Source of the DNA: Octopus vulgaris
Lineage: Eukaryota
Assembly (NCBI GenBank): GCA_951406725.2
Contig: OX597816.1
Coordinates: 131,998,001-132,062,000, forward strand
DNA: 64,000 nucleotides
Direction of reading: 5' to 3'
Shown: in pieces, positions 12,214-24,877 of the stretch
How the letters are laid out: each line of letters opens with the position of its first letter
Position numbering within the stretch: the first letter of the stretch is position 1
Notes under the pieces: generated by a model
The model's input: only the letters and a program-made list of their open reading frames with translations
What the model was told of the DNA's origin: nothing
Database searches by the model: none
Position numbers and translations under genes: made by a program

Positions 12214-12815
12214 TTATTCAGTTCTATTTCAAGACTTTTTGCCAATAGAGAAAGAGTCAGTTTCTAACCTAGATCCTAGGCTCCTTCTTTGGAATTTCAA
12301 CATCAACACAAGGGTATTTTTGTATGCGTGTATGTATATGTGCAGATTTGTATGTTTTGTTATATGAATGTATTCTCATGCATATACTTGAATGATAAAC
12401 TTCTGGAAAGTTTTACAGATTTTTTACAATTTCAGTGATGGATTGAATCTGTAGTCTTCAAATCAGCTTTCTCCCTTCTGGCTTTGAGAAGCCTAATTTC
12501 TCGAGTTTGATGTTTAGGCAGTGTGTTACATATCCCAGTGCCCCAATAATTTCCAGTATAAACCTGAATTTGTAATATGAGTAGAGTAACTGTAGATTCT
12601 TCTTCAATAGTTCAGCATATGTATTTTCTTTTTCACTGATCTTTAGCCTTATGTTACCATCTGATGGGCAGCTGATTTCTACTACTATATACTGTTTCCC
12701 TTCTTTGTCCCAAATCACTATGTCAGATCTATTTTGTTTCATGGCAACAACATCATGTCCCATAGGTAGTTAATACCGCAATGATGTGGGTGATATTTTC
12801 AGTGTTAACTTCACA
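12212..12815 (-). mobile_element. R4/Dong-type non-LTR retrotransposon 3' part (RLE domain plus 3' UTR), family 2
   Basis: ORF 12458-12763 has RSDIVIWDK...VEISCPSD...EKENTY..L...IIGALG (restriction-like endonuclease); a closely similar copy lies at 53970-54710. Confidence 0.85.
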
Positions 12816-12820
12816 TATGC

Positions 12821-13996
12821 ATGTATTCCCAACACGGCTTCGTGCCGAAGAGATCATGCTTGACCAACTTACTAGTAATGGAAGAATTGGTGACGCGCAT
12901 CCTCGATGATAGTGATGCTGTTGACATCGTTTTATTGGACTTTGCCAAAGCTTTTGACTCGGTAAACCACCGCCTACTACTTGTCAAGCTTCAAGCATAT
13001 AGTTTCCATCTGGATATTGTACGATGGGTTGGTGCCTTCCTCTCAGATCGCTCCTTCCAAGTTCAAGTTAATGGTTCGCGGTCCGACGTCTCCAGTGCGA
13101 GCAGTGGCGTGCCTCAAGGTTCAGTGCTTGGGACCTTGTTGTTCTTAGTCTTCATAAATGACTTGCCTGACGACCTCACGCAACACACCCTTCTATTTGC
13201 CGACGATACCAAACTGGTCGCTCCTCGCGGTAGTATAGAGGATCTTCGTCGATGCCTCCACCAAATTTGGAAGTGGTCTAACGATTGGGACCTGTGTCTG
13301 AACGTGTCAAAGTGCTGTCATCTGCCTGTCGGCTCTACTCCTGCAACTCAACTTGATTTCGAGCCGGGTCGTCTGCTGCTGGAGAGGACCGATCAGGTAA
13401 AGGACCTGGGTATCTTGGTGGATTCCTCCTTTTCGCCTTCGGCCCAGTGCGTCCATGCTGCCAACAAAGCGCGCGGAATTCTGTTTTTGATTCGACGGTC
13501 ATTCGGAATGCTCACAGCAGCCATATTCCTGCCACTCTATGTCACGCTGGTGAGACCCATATTGGAGTATGGGATTCAAGCCTCTTCTCCTTATCTCCTC
13601 AAAGACATACAGCACCTCGAAAGAGTCCAGAGGCTGGCTACCCGCATGGTTCATGGTCTCAAAAATTTGTCCTACGAAGAAAGGCTGAGGACGCTCGACC
13701 TTTATTCTCTTGAAAAACGCCGCCGCCGTGGTGATCTCATTCTCGCCCACAACATCATAAGCGGGAAGTGTAACCTCTCGAAAGAGCTGTTCTTCACTCC
13801 TGCTCCGGAGTGTCAGCTGCGGGGTCATTCCGAAAAGCTCTACCTGCGACGATTTCATCTCAATCGAAGGAGAGGAGCTTTCTCCGTCCGGGTTGCGGAT
13901 CCGTGGAACAAGCTGCCAGATGAGATGGTGAAGATGCCGACGACCACTTTGTTCAAAGCCTCCCTGGACCTCAAGTGGCCTGAACTCTTTACATGA
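12821..13996 (+). CDS. CR1-type reverse transcriptase ORF2, partial (391 aa)
   Basis: QHGF..RSCLTNL, LDFAKAFDSV, SGVPQGSVLG, LFADDTKL, KDLG, LVRPILEY, LERVQR, RRRRGDLI and WNKLP motifs. The ATG lies in the flanking TSD, so it is not the native start. Confidence 0.88.
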   Translation: MYSQHGFVPKRSCLTNLLVMEELVTRILDDSDAVDIVLLDFAKAFDSVNHRLLLVKLQAYSFHLDIVRWVGAFLSDRSFQVQVNGSRSDVSSASSGVPQGSVLGTLLFLVFINDLPDDLTQHTLLFADDTKLVAPRGSIEDLRRCLHQIWKWSNDWDLCLNVSKCCHLPVGSTPATQLDFEPGRLLLERTDQVKDLGILVDSSFSPSAQCVHAANKARGILFLIRRSFGMLTAAIFLPLYVTLVRPILEYGIQASSPYLLKDIQHLERVQRLATRMVHGLKNLSYEERLRTLDLYSLEKRRRRGDLILAHNIISGKCNLSKELFFTPAPECQLRGHSEKLYLRRFHLNRRRGAFSVRVADPWNKLPDEMVKMPTTTLFKASLDLKWPELFT

Positions 13997-14082
13997 ACAC
14001 CACCCTGTACTTAACTCCATGTCCCCCTACATGGCCTTGCTATTTGCTTTTGAGCCAATTAACTAACTAACTAACTAACTAA
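12827..14082 (+). mobile_element. 5'-truncated young CR1-group LINE with (TAAC)n tail
   Basis: GC- and CpG-rich island, uninterrupted RT frame, short 3' UTR, tail (TAAC)6, candidate TSD CATGTAT at 12820-12826 and 14083-14089. Confidence 0.93.
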
Positions 14083-15427
14083 CATGTATGTATGTATGTA
14101 TGTATGTATGTATGCCTGCATGTATGTTCGTATGTATGTATGTACATATTTTTTTATACTACACTTTATAAGAATACACTACACTGTATTGCATACATAA
14201 TCTACAATATTATAAATTAAAAGCCAAAATATCACCACAACAATTTGTATATTTACATCTGTATTTCCATGTTAGCATGTATGGGATTATTATTATTAAT
14301 TGGTCTCATAATTTCTCTTGACTTCTCTATATCATTTTAACTGTTGAACTTGATGACTTTTCTAACAAACATGTCAAGTTCTTCCACTAAATTTTAGTAA
14401 TATTTTTTATAGTACATTTGAAACTAATTCCAAATGTTCTGCATACATGTTAATTGAAAGATGTTTCATTTAAAAGATGTAATTTTAGTGTAAGGAAGAT
14501 TGTGTACTCTCTCAGAAAGAAAATAAAAAAATAATTTTTTTTAAAAGAAAAAATGATGAAATACATATTTACAGAAATAAAATTATATCACTCTAAAAAA
14601 AAATGACTAATCGCTTCACCAATCATTTTTAATAACCTAATAAAATTCACAAAACTTTATTCAATGAAACTAATATCCAGACTCTCAGTTCAAAAGTATA
14701 GTTGTTATCATAAGTTCTTTAATGAAGTTTAGGTGTGTCTATCATGCTGACAGTGTTTCAAGATCCTTAAAAAACTGGAGGTTGGGCAAAGATTTTTATG
14801 TCAGGAAAAAATATTAATTGTAAGATCAATTTTGGATGACTCGGCAACTTTATCAAGTCGGAGGGGAAGGTAGTGAAATTAATACAGAAAACAAAAATTA
14901 ATTAAAGTTTAAAAGTGAAAATAAAGAAGTCATATAACATAAGTCCTGAAACTTATGGATTGTAAACTATCAAATGTTGGCTGAAGTAATCATTTGAGAT
15001 TTGCTTCTATGTGAGAATATTAGAATTACCAACTCATAACATACTTCAGCAGGAATTTGTGGTTTTTTTTTCTTTTATTATAGGCATATACAATTACAGT
15101 TAGAGAATCTGTGAAATTCCTTCAGTTGAAAGAAAATCTCAATACTATATCTTAGAGATAATTCCAATTTATAAGAAACTTGAAATTTTAGTGGCTCAGA
15201 ATATTTAAAGGCTTATTGTTATATTTCTGTACATTTATGTTTTGTTATTTTAATATTCCTGTTGGTTCTTATTTCATTTATTTTTACCCCACCACTTTTT
15301 TTTCTCTCATCAAGCATTCCAGTGTAATAAAAAAAAAATCCTTCTTACAATATAAATACATACAAGATCATAACTTGAATGTTTTCATTTGTGAATGATC
15401 AAATTTACAACCAAGTTGGTTATGCTC

Positions 15428-15437
15428 ACATCATCAT

Positions 15438-15471
<34 letters not shown>

Positions 15472-15561
15472 AGCAACAGCATCATCATCATCATTTTCAT
15501 CGCCGCTGTCATTGTCACCATCATCATGGTTATCTTATCATTGTCATTTTTCTCATCATCG

Positions 15562-15622
<61 letters not shown>

Positions 15623-15623
15623 T
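15428..15623. repeat. (CAT)n/(CAG)n compound microsatellite
   Basis: Direct run; partly the tail of the adjacent minus-strand SINE. Confidence 0.92.
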
Positions 15624-16010
15624 GTTTTAATGTCCACTTTTTCATGCTTTAGGTCAGATAGAATTTACTGATGCAGATTTTCTACAGTTAGATGACCCTT
15701 CCTGTCACCGCCCTGGACCCCAGACCTGTTTCCAGGTAAAGGTAAGATTTCAATATTTCCTCATAGCACTTCATAGCTTGACATGATTTCAAAGAAGATT
15801 GGAAATAAAAAAAATTTAGTAACAGCAATGCACATTTATAACTAGAACACATGTGCACACACACACAAAACTGCCTACATACATATATACACACAGAATG
15901 AGTTTCATTTTTATCCACCAATTTGGCCAGTCCAAGAATACAGCACAAGGTACTGGCCAAAGTTACCACACAATGTGAATGGGAAGCAAGCTTTTTGACC
16001 AAGCAGCCTG
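15620..16010 (-). mobile_element. SINE family A with RTE-type tail (degenerate)
   Basis: Reverse complement of the 9171-9580 architecture. Confidence 0.65.
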
Positions 16011-16117
16011 GTCAATATGGAAACAAATGTCTTGACCATATAGTTATTCCTGCAGAGAAAAAAACCTTATAAACAATTACATTTGAGAAACTTGGATTAT
16101 GTCCCTACTTTAAAAAC

Positions 16118-16570
16118 AGGCATGGTTTGCTTCCCAACCACATTATTCCACATTCAGTCCTACTGCATAGCACTCTGGGCAAGTGTCTTCCACTATAGCC
16201 TTAGGCCGACCAATGCCTTGTGAGTGGATCTAGAAACTGAAAGAAACCCATTGTATGTATGTATGTATTATGTATGCATGTGTGTGTGTCTGTGTATGTG
16301 TGTGTGCATGTGTATGTGTATAGGTATGTGTATATATGTGCATGTATGCACATGTGTGTGTTAGTATGTGTGTATTTGTCAGTGCATGTGTGTGTCTTTG
16401 TATCTGTGTTTGTCCCCCACCACCACTTAACAACTGGTGTTGGTGTGTTTAGATCCCTGTAAGTTAGTGGTTTGGCAAAAGAGGCCAATAGTATAAGTAC
16501 GAAGGGTTGATTCATTTCAAAGTGGTGCTCCAGCATGGCCACACTCTAATGACTGAAACAAATAAGAGAA
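16118..16570 (+). mobile_element. SINE family A with CR1-type tail
   Basis: Head, expanded TG/TATG tract, TTTGTCCCCCACC...CAAAAGAGGCCAATAG..., end GGTGCTCCAGCATGGCCAC...TGACTGAAAC. Confidence 0.82.
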
Positions 16571-16624
16571 GAGATATAGTTAGTTCCATTCCACAATTGT
16601 ATACACATTATAAATGTTATAACT

Positions 16625-16762
16625 GCTACTTATTTCATCAACTCCAAAAATATGAAAGGCAAAGTCAACCTTGGCAGAATTTGAACTCAGAATGTAATGA
16701 AAGATGAAATGCTGTTCCGTATTTTGCCTGGCATGCTAATGACTCTTCCAGCTCACTGCCTT
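16625..16762 (-). mobile_element. SINE family C fragment
   Basis: ATGAAAGGCAAAGTCAACC...GAATTTGAACTCAG...CCAGCTCACTGCC. Confidence 0.7.
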
Positions 16763-17263
16763 TAAAACAGTAGCTTAACAATGACAAAGCTATTTTGTTA
16801 AATTCTTTATTATATTAAAAATGAATCGAAACAAATGCAATGTATTGCAACTGAAGCATATGTTCTTTGAGAGAGGATATGCTATACCACTATTGCCCAA
16901 ATTTACAAGATTTATCTGCTTCCATTACTACTGTTCCCACAAATAGGTTCAAAACAATTCCTCATTCCTTTAGCAAAATAAAACCCTCAAGAATATTAAA
17001 TGTTCTCATTTTCTCCTATCTTAACATTAATTACACTAATCTCCCTCAGTTATTCCAAACACTTTTCAGCCTTAAAGGGTCAGAAAATGCTACAAACAAG
17101 ACTTGCTTGTTAGACAAATGAATCAAAAGAAAATAAATCTCATGAACTGATGGTGGGGATGGTGATCATGATGATAGCAAGATAGGTAGATTAAGACAGA
17201 GAAAGAGAGAGAATGAGAAATAGGGTTGGAGAGTGGGGAAGATGTAGATATATCAACAGAAAA

Positions 17264-17595
<332 letters not shown>

Positions 17596-18867
17596 CAAAG
17601 ACAGATTGATAAAAAGAGAAGAAGAGGGTGGGAAAACATAGTGTTGAACTATTGGTTTTTAAATAATACAAAAATATAATTAGCTTTAAACAACCAAAGT
17701 TTACCCTCATCACAGTGTTTATTTTCTAATTTACACATTTTGAAAAATTTTATTCGTTTTATTGCAGGTTGTTGCTTTTGCTTTTATTTTGTTGATTTAA
17801 TCATTGTTCAGCATTGTTTACCTCTCCTCACTATGAGTGTTGTGTTAATAAAGTAGCCATACTTGCTGCATTAAGTGTATTAATGTTCATTTTACATAAA
17901 ATGTTGTTTGGTAAAATAAAAAAACAATTCCTTCAATGTTCTTTGGACCTCTGCTTGCAATTATTTTCAATTATTGGGTTGAAGATGAAATAAATTTAGT
18001 AAAATTATTGATAAATAAATGGTGGCTTCTGATGTTACATCCCCAGTTTAAAATACAACAAAATAGTGAAACATTTGTGTGTGTATGTATGTAGCTGTGT
18101 AACTAATAGAAAGAGAAAGAGAGAGAGAGGGAGTTGCATGAATACATATATCCATAATGTTTTTCAGTGACAGTGTATCTCAAACTGAATAAAGCTATAA
18201 ATAAAAGCCTCAAGATACCCAGTTTCATATTCTTGAAATTTCTAAATTCTGTTTACATCAACAGCTAATATGGGGGCATATTTTTCATTTGTATTGTGTT
18301 GTATTCATAAAGTGATGTAATAGCAGAGTGCTATTACATATTTTATAACGTTCAATCTCATCGTTCTACAGGCTGACTTTGAATGACATTCATCTGGTCA
18401 AACTCGCTCATATTTGTGAGTCATGGAAATCTTTCATTGGCTTATAACATCCACAGTCACTGGGTCTGTAGATTTTATCAGTCATACACTAACCTCACTG
18501 AACTTCCTCTACCCTAGCCTTGAGTGGTGTATCACCATTGGTCGATGATACCCAGATGACTATTTTGTCAAAACTGCACACCACTATGTTTTCTTCCCAG
18601 TGGCTTCACTTATAAACCCAAGGCTGGGTACCTGATGATGTTATGTCATGCTAAAGAGTCGCCTATGTTTGGTTCATGATGACTTATTTCTATATTTTCT
18701 GCCAATCCAGAAGTTATTTCTCTATCTGCCATGTAAGAACTCACTGAGTAAGAATTTTCTCTTCCCAATCCTATCCCAGTATAACATTTAATATTGTCTT
18801 GACTAGAACCAAATTTACTCTCATCACCTAAAGGAGGTCAATAGAATAAATACCAATAATCAGTATA

Positions 18868-19338
18868 CGCATGGCTATGTGGTCAAGAAGCTTGCTTCTC
18901 AACCATCTAGTCTTGGGTTCACTACCATTGCATGGCACCTTGGGCAAATATCTTCTACTATAGCCCTAGGTCAACCAAGGCCTAGTGAATGGATTTGGTA
19001 GAAGAAACTAAAAGAATCCCATCACACAAACACACACACATATGTCTGTCTACTGTGTTTACCCTTGTCTTGACATCATGTGATAATTACAAAACAAGCA
19101 TCACTCTCATAAAAGCGATATTGTTTGTTTCCAGTCTTCCATGAAAAATATAACTGGCCATGGAAAAATATTGCCATACTTGGAAAAAGGTGACAGTTGG
19201 GGACAGGGAAGGCATCTGGCCACTGAAATAACCTGCTTCAGCAAGTTCCAGGTGACCTATGGAAGCATAGAAAAGTGAATGTTAAACAATGATGACAACT
19301 ACGATAATGATGACGATGATGATGATAATGGTAACGAT
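18868..19338 (+). mobile_element. SINE family A with RTE-type tail
   Basis: Same architecture as 9171-9580, with a (GAT/GAC)n end. Confidence 0.82.
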
Positions 19339-20073
19339 AACGAATTTACTGTAGATGATTCAGTAAGCTATATTCTTCTGTATAAAAACTGGACATTGTG
19401 CCTTATCAAAGCAATTAACATGCCTCCATATTGGTTTAGTATACCACAGAGTAGAGTAAAAGTCAGCAAAATAGCCCATACCCTCATTTCATCCAATCCA
19501 CTGACTTTATTGAATATGTGACATTGCATATAAACATTCTTTGTTTTCCTTATCTACATTTGTTTAGCAAATAATTACATTCAGTATTGAAAAATAGAGC
19601 AAAAGTCTCATTTTGTAGTGACCTAAAATGAATCAATGTTTTATGCTTATATAAATTTTTTTTTATTATAAATGAGATGAATTCACTTGATAAAAATAAA
19701 AAATGAAACCTTTCAACAGTAAATATTTTCACCTTCTTAAATGAAAGGAGTAATAGAAACTAACTATATCACAGACGTGTCAAAATATAGTTTACCTGAA
19801 TATCAATTCTGAGAAAGGCAGGAGTGACCAAAAGAAAAAGTTTATTTGCCCTTAAGGAATGCAGGTGAATTAGCTGGTACCATATTTAATCTGAAACTAC
19901 AATCATCCCCATTCAGGCTAAATAAAAACGTTTTAACTCTTCATTGTTTGCTGAGCCTATTTTTGTGTTATTAAATATGTAGTGGTTCCTTCATGACTTT
20001 CTTTTCTTTTACTTTATTTAACTTGTTTCAATTATTGGACTGCAACAATGCTGGAGCACCACTTTGCAGTGCT

Positions 20074-21615
20074 GTCATCATCATCGTTTAACGTCTGCTT
20101 TCCATGCTAGTATGGGTTGGATGATTTGACTGAGGACTGGCGAACCAGATGGCTGCACCAGGCTCCAATCTTGATCTGGCAGAGTTTCTACAGCTGGATG
20201 CCCTTCCTAACACCAACCACTCCAAGAGTGTAGTGGGTACTTTTATGTGCCACTGGCACGGGGGCCGTCAGGCAGTACTGGCAATGACCTTGTTCAAATG
20301 TTTTTTCACATGCCACTGGCACAGAAGCCAGTTAGCTGCTCTGACAACAATCACACTCGGATGGTGCACTTAGCGCCCCACTGGCACAGGGTACAAGTGC
20401 CTAAGGTGACGCTGGTAACGGTCATGCTGGAATGGTGCCTTTTACATGCCACCGGCACAGAAGCCAGTCATCGAATTTGATATTAATTTCACTTGCTTCA
20501 ACAGGTCTTCACAAGCAGAGTTTAGTGTCCAAAGAAGGAAAGGTACACATAAGTGGGCTGGTTATGCCCCTGGCATAGGCCATGAGGTTATGGTCTCATT
20601 TGGCTTGCCGAGTCTTCTCAAGCACAGCATATTTCCAAAAGTTTCGGTCACTAGTCATTGCCTCGGTGAGGCCTAAAGTTCAGAGGTCGTGCTTTACCAC
20701 TTCATCCCAGGTCTTCCTGGGTCTACCTCTTCAACAGGTTCCCTCAACCGCTAGGGTGTGGCACTTTTTCACACGGCTTTCCTCATCCAATCTCACCACA
20801 TGACCATACCAGCGCAGTCGTCTCTCTTGCACACCACAACTGATGTTTCTTAGGTCCAATTTTACTCTCAAGTTACTTACACTCTGTCGAGTATGCACAC
20901 TGACATTACACATCCATCAGATCATACTGGTTTCATTCCTTGTGAGCTTATGCATGTCCTCAACAGTCACGCCCATGTTTCACTGCCATGTTGTATGGCT
21001 GTTCGTACACATGCGTCATACAGTCTACCTTTTACTCTGAGCGAGAGGCCCTTTGTCACTAGCAGAAGTAAGAGCTCTCTGAGCTTTGCCCAGGCTATTC
21101 TTATTCTAGCAGCTTACTTTCAGTACACCCTCCCCCAATACTGACTAGGTAACCTAGGTAACAGAAGCTATCAACTACTTCTAGTTTTTCTCCATGGAAT
21201 GTGGTAGAAGTTGTTCTCTGCACATTTTCAGTGTTTATTGCTCTTGAGCATCTGCCACATACAAAAACTATCTTCCCAGTTAGCCTTCCTTTGATATTGC
21301 TGCACCTCTTATGTGTTCATAGCTTACACTGGGAACATCTTATAGAGTTTCTACCTACGCCTCTACTACAGATTGAGCAGGGCCATCTACCTGAAGGGAT
21401 TTGTGATTTTCCTGCCTTCCTACTTATTAGGACTTTGGTTTTAGTTAGGTTGACTCTAAGACCCTTTGATTCTAATCCTTGTTTCCACACCTGAAACTTC
21501 TCCTCAAGTTCTAATAGTGACTCAGCAATTAGAGCAAGGTCGTCAACAAAGAGGAGCTCCCAGGGGCATCTTGTCTTGAATTCCTCTGTTATTGCCTGGA
21601 GGACTAGGGATAATT
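20074..21615 (-). mobile_element. RTE-clade LINE 3' portion (RT end, Cys-rich region, 3' UTR with internal repeats, (GAT)n tail)
   Basis: ORF remnants ERRLRWYGHVVR (20731-20913) and CPWELL.VDDL (about 21570-21535); the tail begins CATCATCATCGTTTAACGTC on the plus strand. Confidence 0.9.
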
Positions 21616-21887
21616 ACACAGGGCAGTTACTCAAGGTCCTCAGATGTCTACAGACCCAATTCTATTATATGTATGTTGTGGTTTGCAAAAAAAAAAAGTA
21701 ATAAAAATATTCTTGGGCCCAGTTCATTGATTTGCCTGGGGTCTATAATGCAACTAAAACAGTCTGGCTGCCTTGAAGGGTTTAATCAAACAAATCAACC
21801 CCAGTACTTGTTCTTCTGTTTTTAAAACTAGTTCTTATTCTATCAGTCTCTTTTACCAAACCACTAAGTTATGGGTGACACAAGTTC

Positions 21888-22078
21888 AGAAGGCACATGG
21901 TTCAGTGGTTAAAGTGCTGGACTCACAATCATGAGGTTGTGAGTTCAATTCCTGGACCAGACTGTGTGTTGTGTTCTTGAGCCAGACAATTTTTTTCATG
22001 TTGTTCCAGTTCACTCAGCTGAACCCAAAACCACATGGTTGCAAAGTGAACTTCTTAAGCACATGGCCCATGCCTGTA
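21888..22078. mobile_element. SINE B 5' part (+) joined to an inverted SINE A-like head (-)
   Basis: The B head runs to CACTCAGCT at about 22020, then GAACCCAAAACCACATGGTTGCAAAG...CATGCCT, the reverse complement of a SINE head. Confidence 0.6.
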
Positions 22079-22766
22079 CCCACACAACTATGCTTGCACA
22101 TGACTTTAAAATTTTTCTTTTTAATATAAATTGTTTATATTGGCTTGCATGATCATGTTTTCATTTTTTTAATTTGCTTTGGGTTGCAAGTCATAAAGAA
22201 TTTCCAATGTGGCTTGCTTCCAAAAACAGTTTTCAAATCCCTGGAGGAGAGGAAAGCTCACAGTGAAAAGATGCGAAAACAGTTTTTTTTTAATCCAAAT
22301 TGTATTTCTTTCACATCACTTATATCAATAACACTCTTTGGAAAAATTTGAACGTCACAAAACCTTTTCCCTCTTTGCACCAAAGTGAACAAGGTTGATC
22401 ATAAAGAAGTCACTGAGAAAGCTTGTATGAGGTTAATCAACTTGCTAGAAATAGCAGCCAAATCTCCTTCAACTGTATTTTTATCAATAATAGGAAGGAA
22501 GCAATAGATAATATAATCTTAGATATACTCCAACCAAAAAAAAGGATTGTCATGCATGGAGTGTCTTTTGATTAGGGTTGGTCTGATGTTACACAGCAAT
22601 AACAGGAATAGCAACAATCTATTCACTACTTGCTAGATTATTGTTAATTGTAAATATAATCAAGCAGTAAACACATTCATTATGACATTTGATTGATATG
22701 TCTAACTCTATTAATTTCAGTGAATGAAATTAATAATTAACAATTTAATAGTTTTGATAACTTAAT

Positions 22767-22833
<67 letters not shown>

Positions 22834-22844
22834 GCAGCAGCAGC
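22767..22844. repeat. (CAT)n(CAA)n(CAG)n microsatellite
   Basis: Direct run. Confidence 0.95.
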
Positions 22845-23702
22845 TAATTTATGTTGGAATCTCAGCTCATCAGAAACATTTGGAGGTACGTCACTATGGT
22901 GATTTGGCATAATCAATAAAACATTTGAACAAGCTTCAAGTATTTAAGATTTTACACATGCTGAGCTCAAATTCTGCTGGGGCTAATTTTGTCTTTCATC
23001 CTTCCAGGGTCAATATAATAAAATGCCATTCGAGTCCTGAAGACAATTTAGTATTTCTATGTAACATCTTAGAAGTTAATGGAATTATGGTAAATACATA
23101 TATATATATATATTGTTGATATCAAAAGAATTTATAAACTTTCAAGAGAATGCAAAATGATTCTTTTTTGGAACAGTGGATCTTGAAGCACATAAAGCTA
23201 TAACTAATAGCATACAAAATATTGGGTTGAAATATATGTCTACAGGAGATGTAAGTTTGAGTCCCATGAACAGTCTTTGACATTTTCAATCCAAGAGGGG
23301 TTGTCTGCCCAATATTTATGCATATCTGGTAAGTTCAGTCATGAATTCACTGCAGGGAAAGTTCACCGTACATATTCTTTTGACATAATTTTTCAATTTC
23401 AATTTTTCTCTCATTTTTTTTTTAATAAAATAGTTTTTAACTATTAATGGTGAGAGACTATGTATATATTTTCTTGGTAAATTTTCCTTAGCTTAAGTAT
23501 TGTGATGATATTGCCAAAATTCATGAGCATCAAGTTCAGTTGAGGTACTCCAACATAGAAATAGGGTATATAGATGAAATTTATTGTGTGCCCAAATTGA
23601 CAAACTCAGTGGCCAATAACTTCAAAAATACAGCCTTCTTCAAGCTAACTACACTGAAGTCAATAACCCAGCAGGAGGAATTTTGAAAATGTCATATAAA
23701 AT

Positions 23703-24329
23703 TGATTTCAAATTTTGGTACAAGGCCAGTAAGTTCAGGGGAGGGGTTAAGTCAATTACATCAACCCCATCGACCTCAAAAGGATGAAAGGCAAAGTCTG
23801 GGCGGAATTTGAACACAGAACACTAAGATGGTCAAAATGCTTAGCAGTATTTTGCCCAGCATGCTAACAATTCAGCTAGCTTGCTGCCTTAAAATGTCAT
23901 ATAATACTTATTTCGAATTTTAGCACAAGGCCAGCAATTGAGGGGAGGTTGATTACATTGTGCCCAATATTCAAATGGTACTTAGTTTATCAAGCCTGAA
24001 AGGCTGAAAGGCAATGTTGACCTCAGCAGAATTTAAACTCGGAATGTAAAAAAGTGCAAAATACCACTGAGCAATATGCTAATGATTCTGCCAGCTTGCT
24101 GCCTGAACATCATATAATATTCTTTTCTACTCTAGGCACAAGGTTCAAAATTTTGGTGGAGGGGGCTAGTCAATTAGATCGACCCCAGTATACAACTGGT
24201 ACTTAATTTATCGAAAGGATGAAAGGCAAAGTTGACCTCAGCGGAATTTGAACTCAGGACATAAAGACAGACAAAATACCGTTAAGCATTTCACCCGGTG
24301 TGCTAACATTTCTGCCAGCTTGCTGCCTT
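23703..24329 (-). mobile_element. Three head-to-tail SINE family C copies
   Basis: Copies at about 23703-23890, 23910-24104 and 24120-24329, each with GAAAGGCAA(A/T)GT..GAATTT(G/A)AAC and ending GCTGCCT on the plus strand, separated by the same short spacer. Confidence 0.9.
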
Positions 24330-24574
24330 AACGTCATATAATATTGACATATGAACAGTGCATGTCAATGACAATGAATCCAAACTCACTGCAAATAAGA
24401 GAGTAAATGATTTAGTTATTTTTGACAGGGTTTGGTAACAAGAATCTGGAATTTACTTCCTTGATATTCATGGCAGAACTAGAAAAACTTTATAAATATA
24501 TTGCTTACCAAAGCCATCAGCATAAAGGCATAGTTATTGCAGTTATTTCTTTAGGACTGCTGCCCCCACTTCTT

Positions 24575-24760
24575 TTGACATACAGTGTTGGTTGGTTTAC
24601 ATCTCTATAACTTAGCAGTTCAGCAAAAGCAGACCAACAAAATAAGCATCCAATTTTAAAAAATAAGTACTGGTGTTGATTTGTTTGACTAAACCCTTCA
24701 AGACAGTAGCCCAGTATGGCCACAGTCCAATGAGTGAAACACATAAAAGATAAAAGATAA
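24575..24760 (+). mobile_element. SINE A CR1-type tail fragment
   Basis: TAACTTAGCAGTTCAGCAAAAG...CCCAGTATGGCCACAGTCCAATGAGTGAAAC. Confidence 0.7.
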
Positions 24761-24877
24761 TGCCACACTAACTTCAGGGGGGAAAAAATTCCCGATAATA
24801 CTGAAATGACACTGCTCAGAATTGCCAAGTCTTTAATGAATACAGATCTAATATTACATAATCTGGAGCTCATCACA

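Noticed and set aside
13447-14020. Overlapping ORFs of 88 aa (+) and 173 aa (-)
   Set aside because: Shadow frames of the GC-rich CR1 RT sequence with no motifs.
18370-18800. Possible LTR-retrotransposon remnant
   Set aside because: No convincing motif could be read.
19796-19808. 13-nt minus-strand micro-exon with a strong pyrimidine tract and a GTAAAC donor
   Set aside because: Not frame-preserving, has no partner exons, and such motifs arise by chance in AT-rich DNA.
23687-24345. CRISPR-like repeat-spacer appearance
   Set aside because: The spacers are homologous SINE copies of about 200 bp, the repeats are target duplications, there are no cas genes and the context is eukaryotic.
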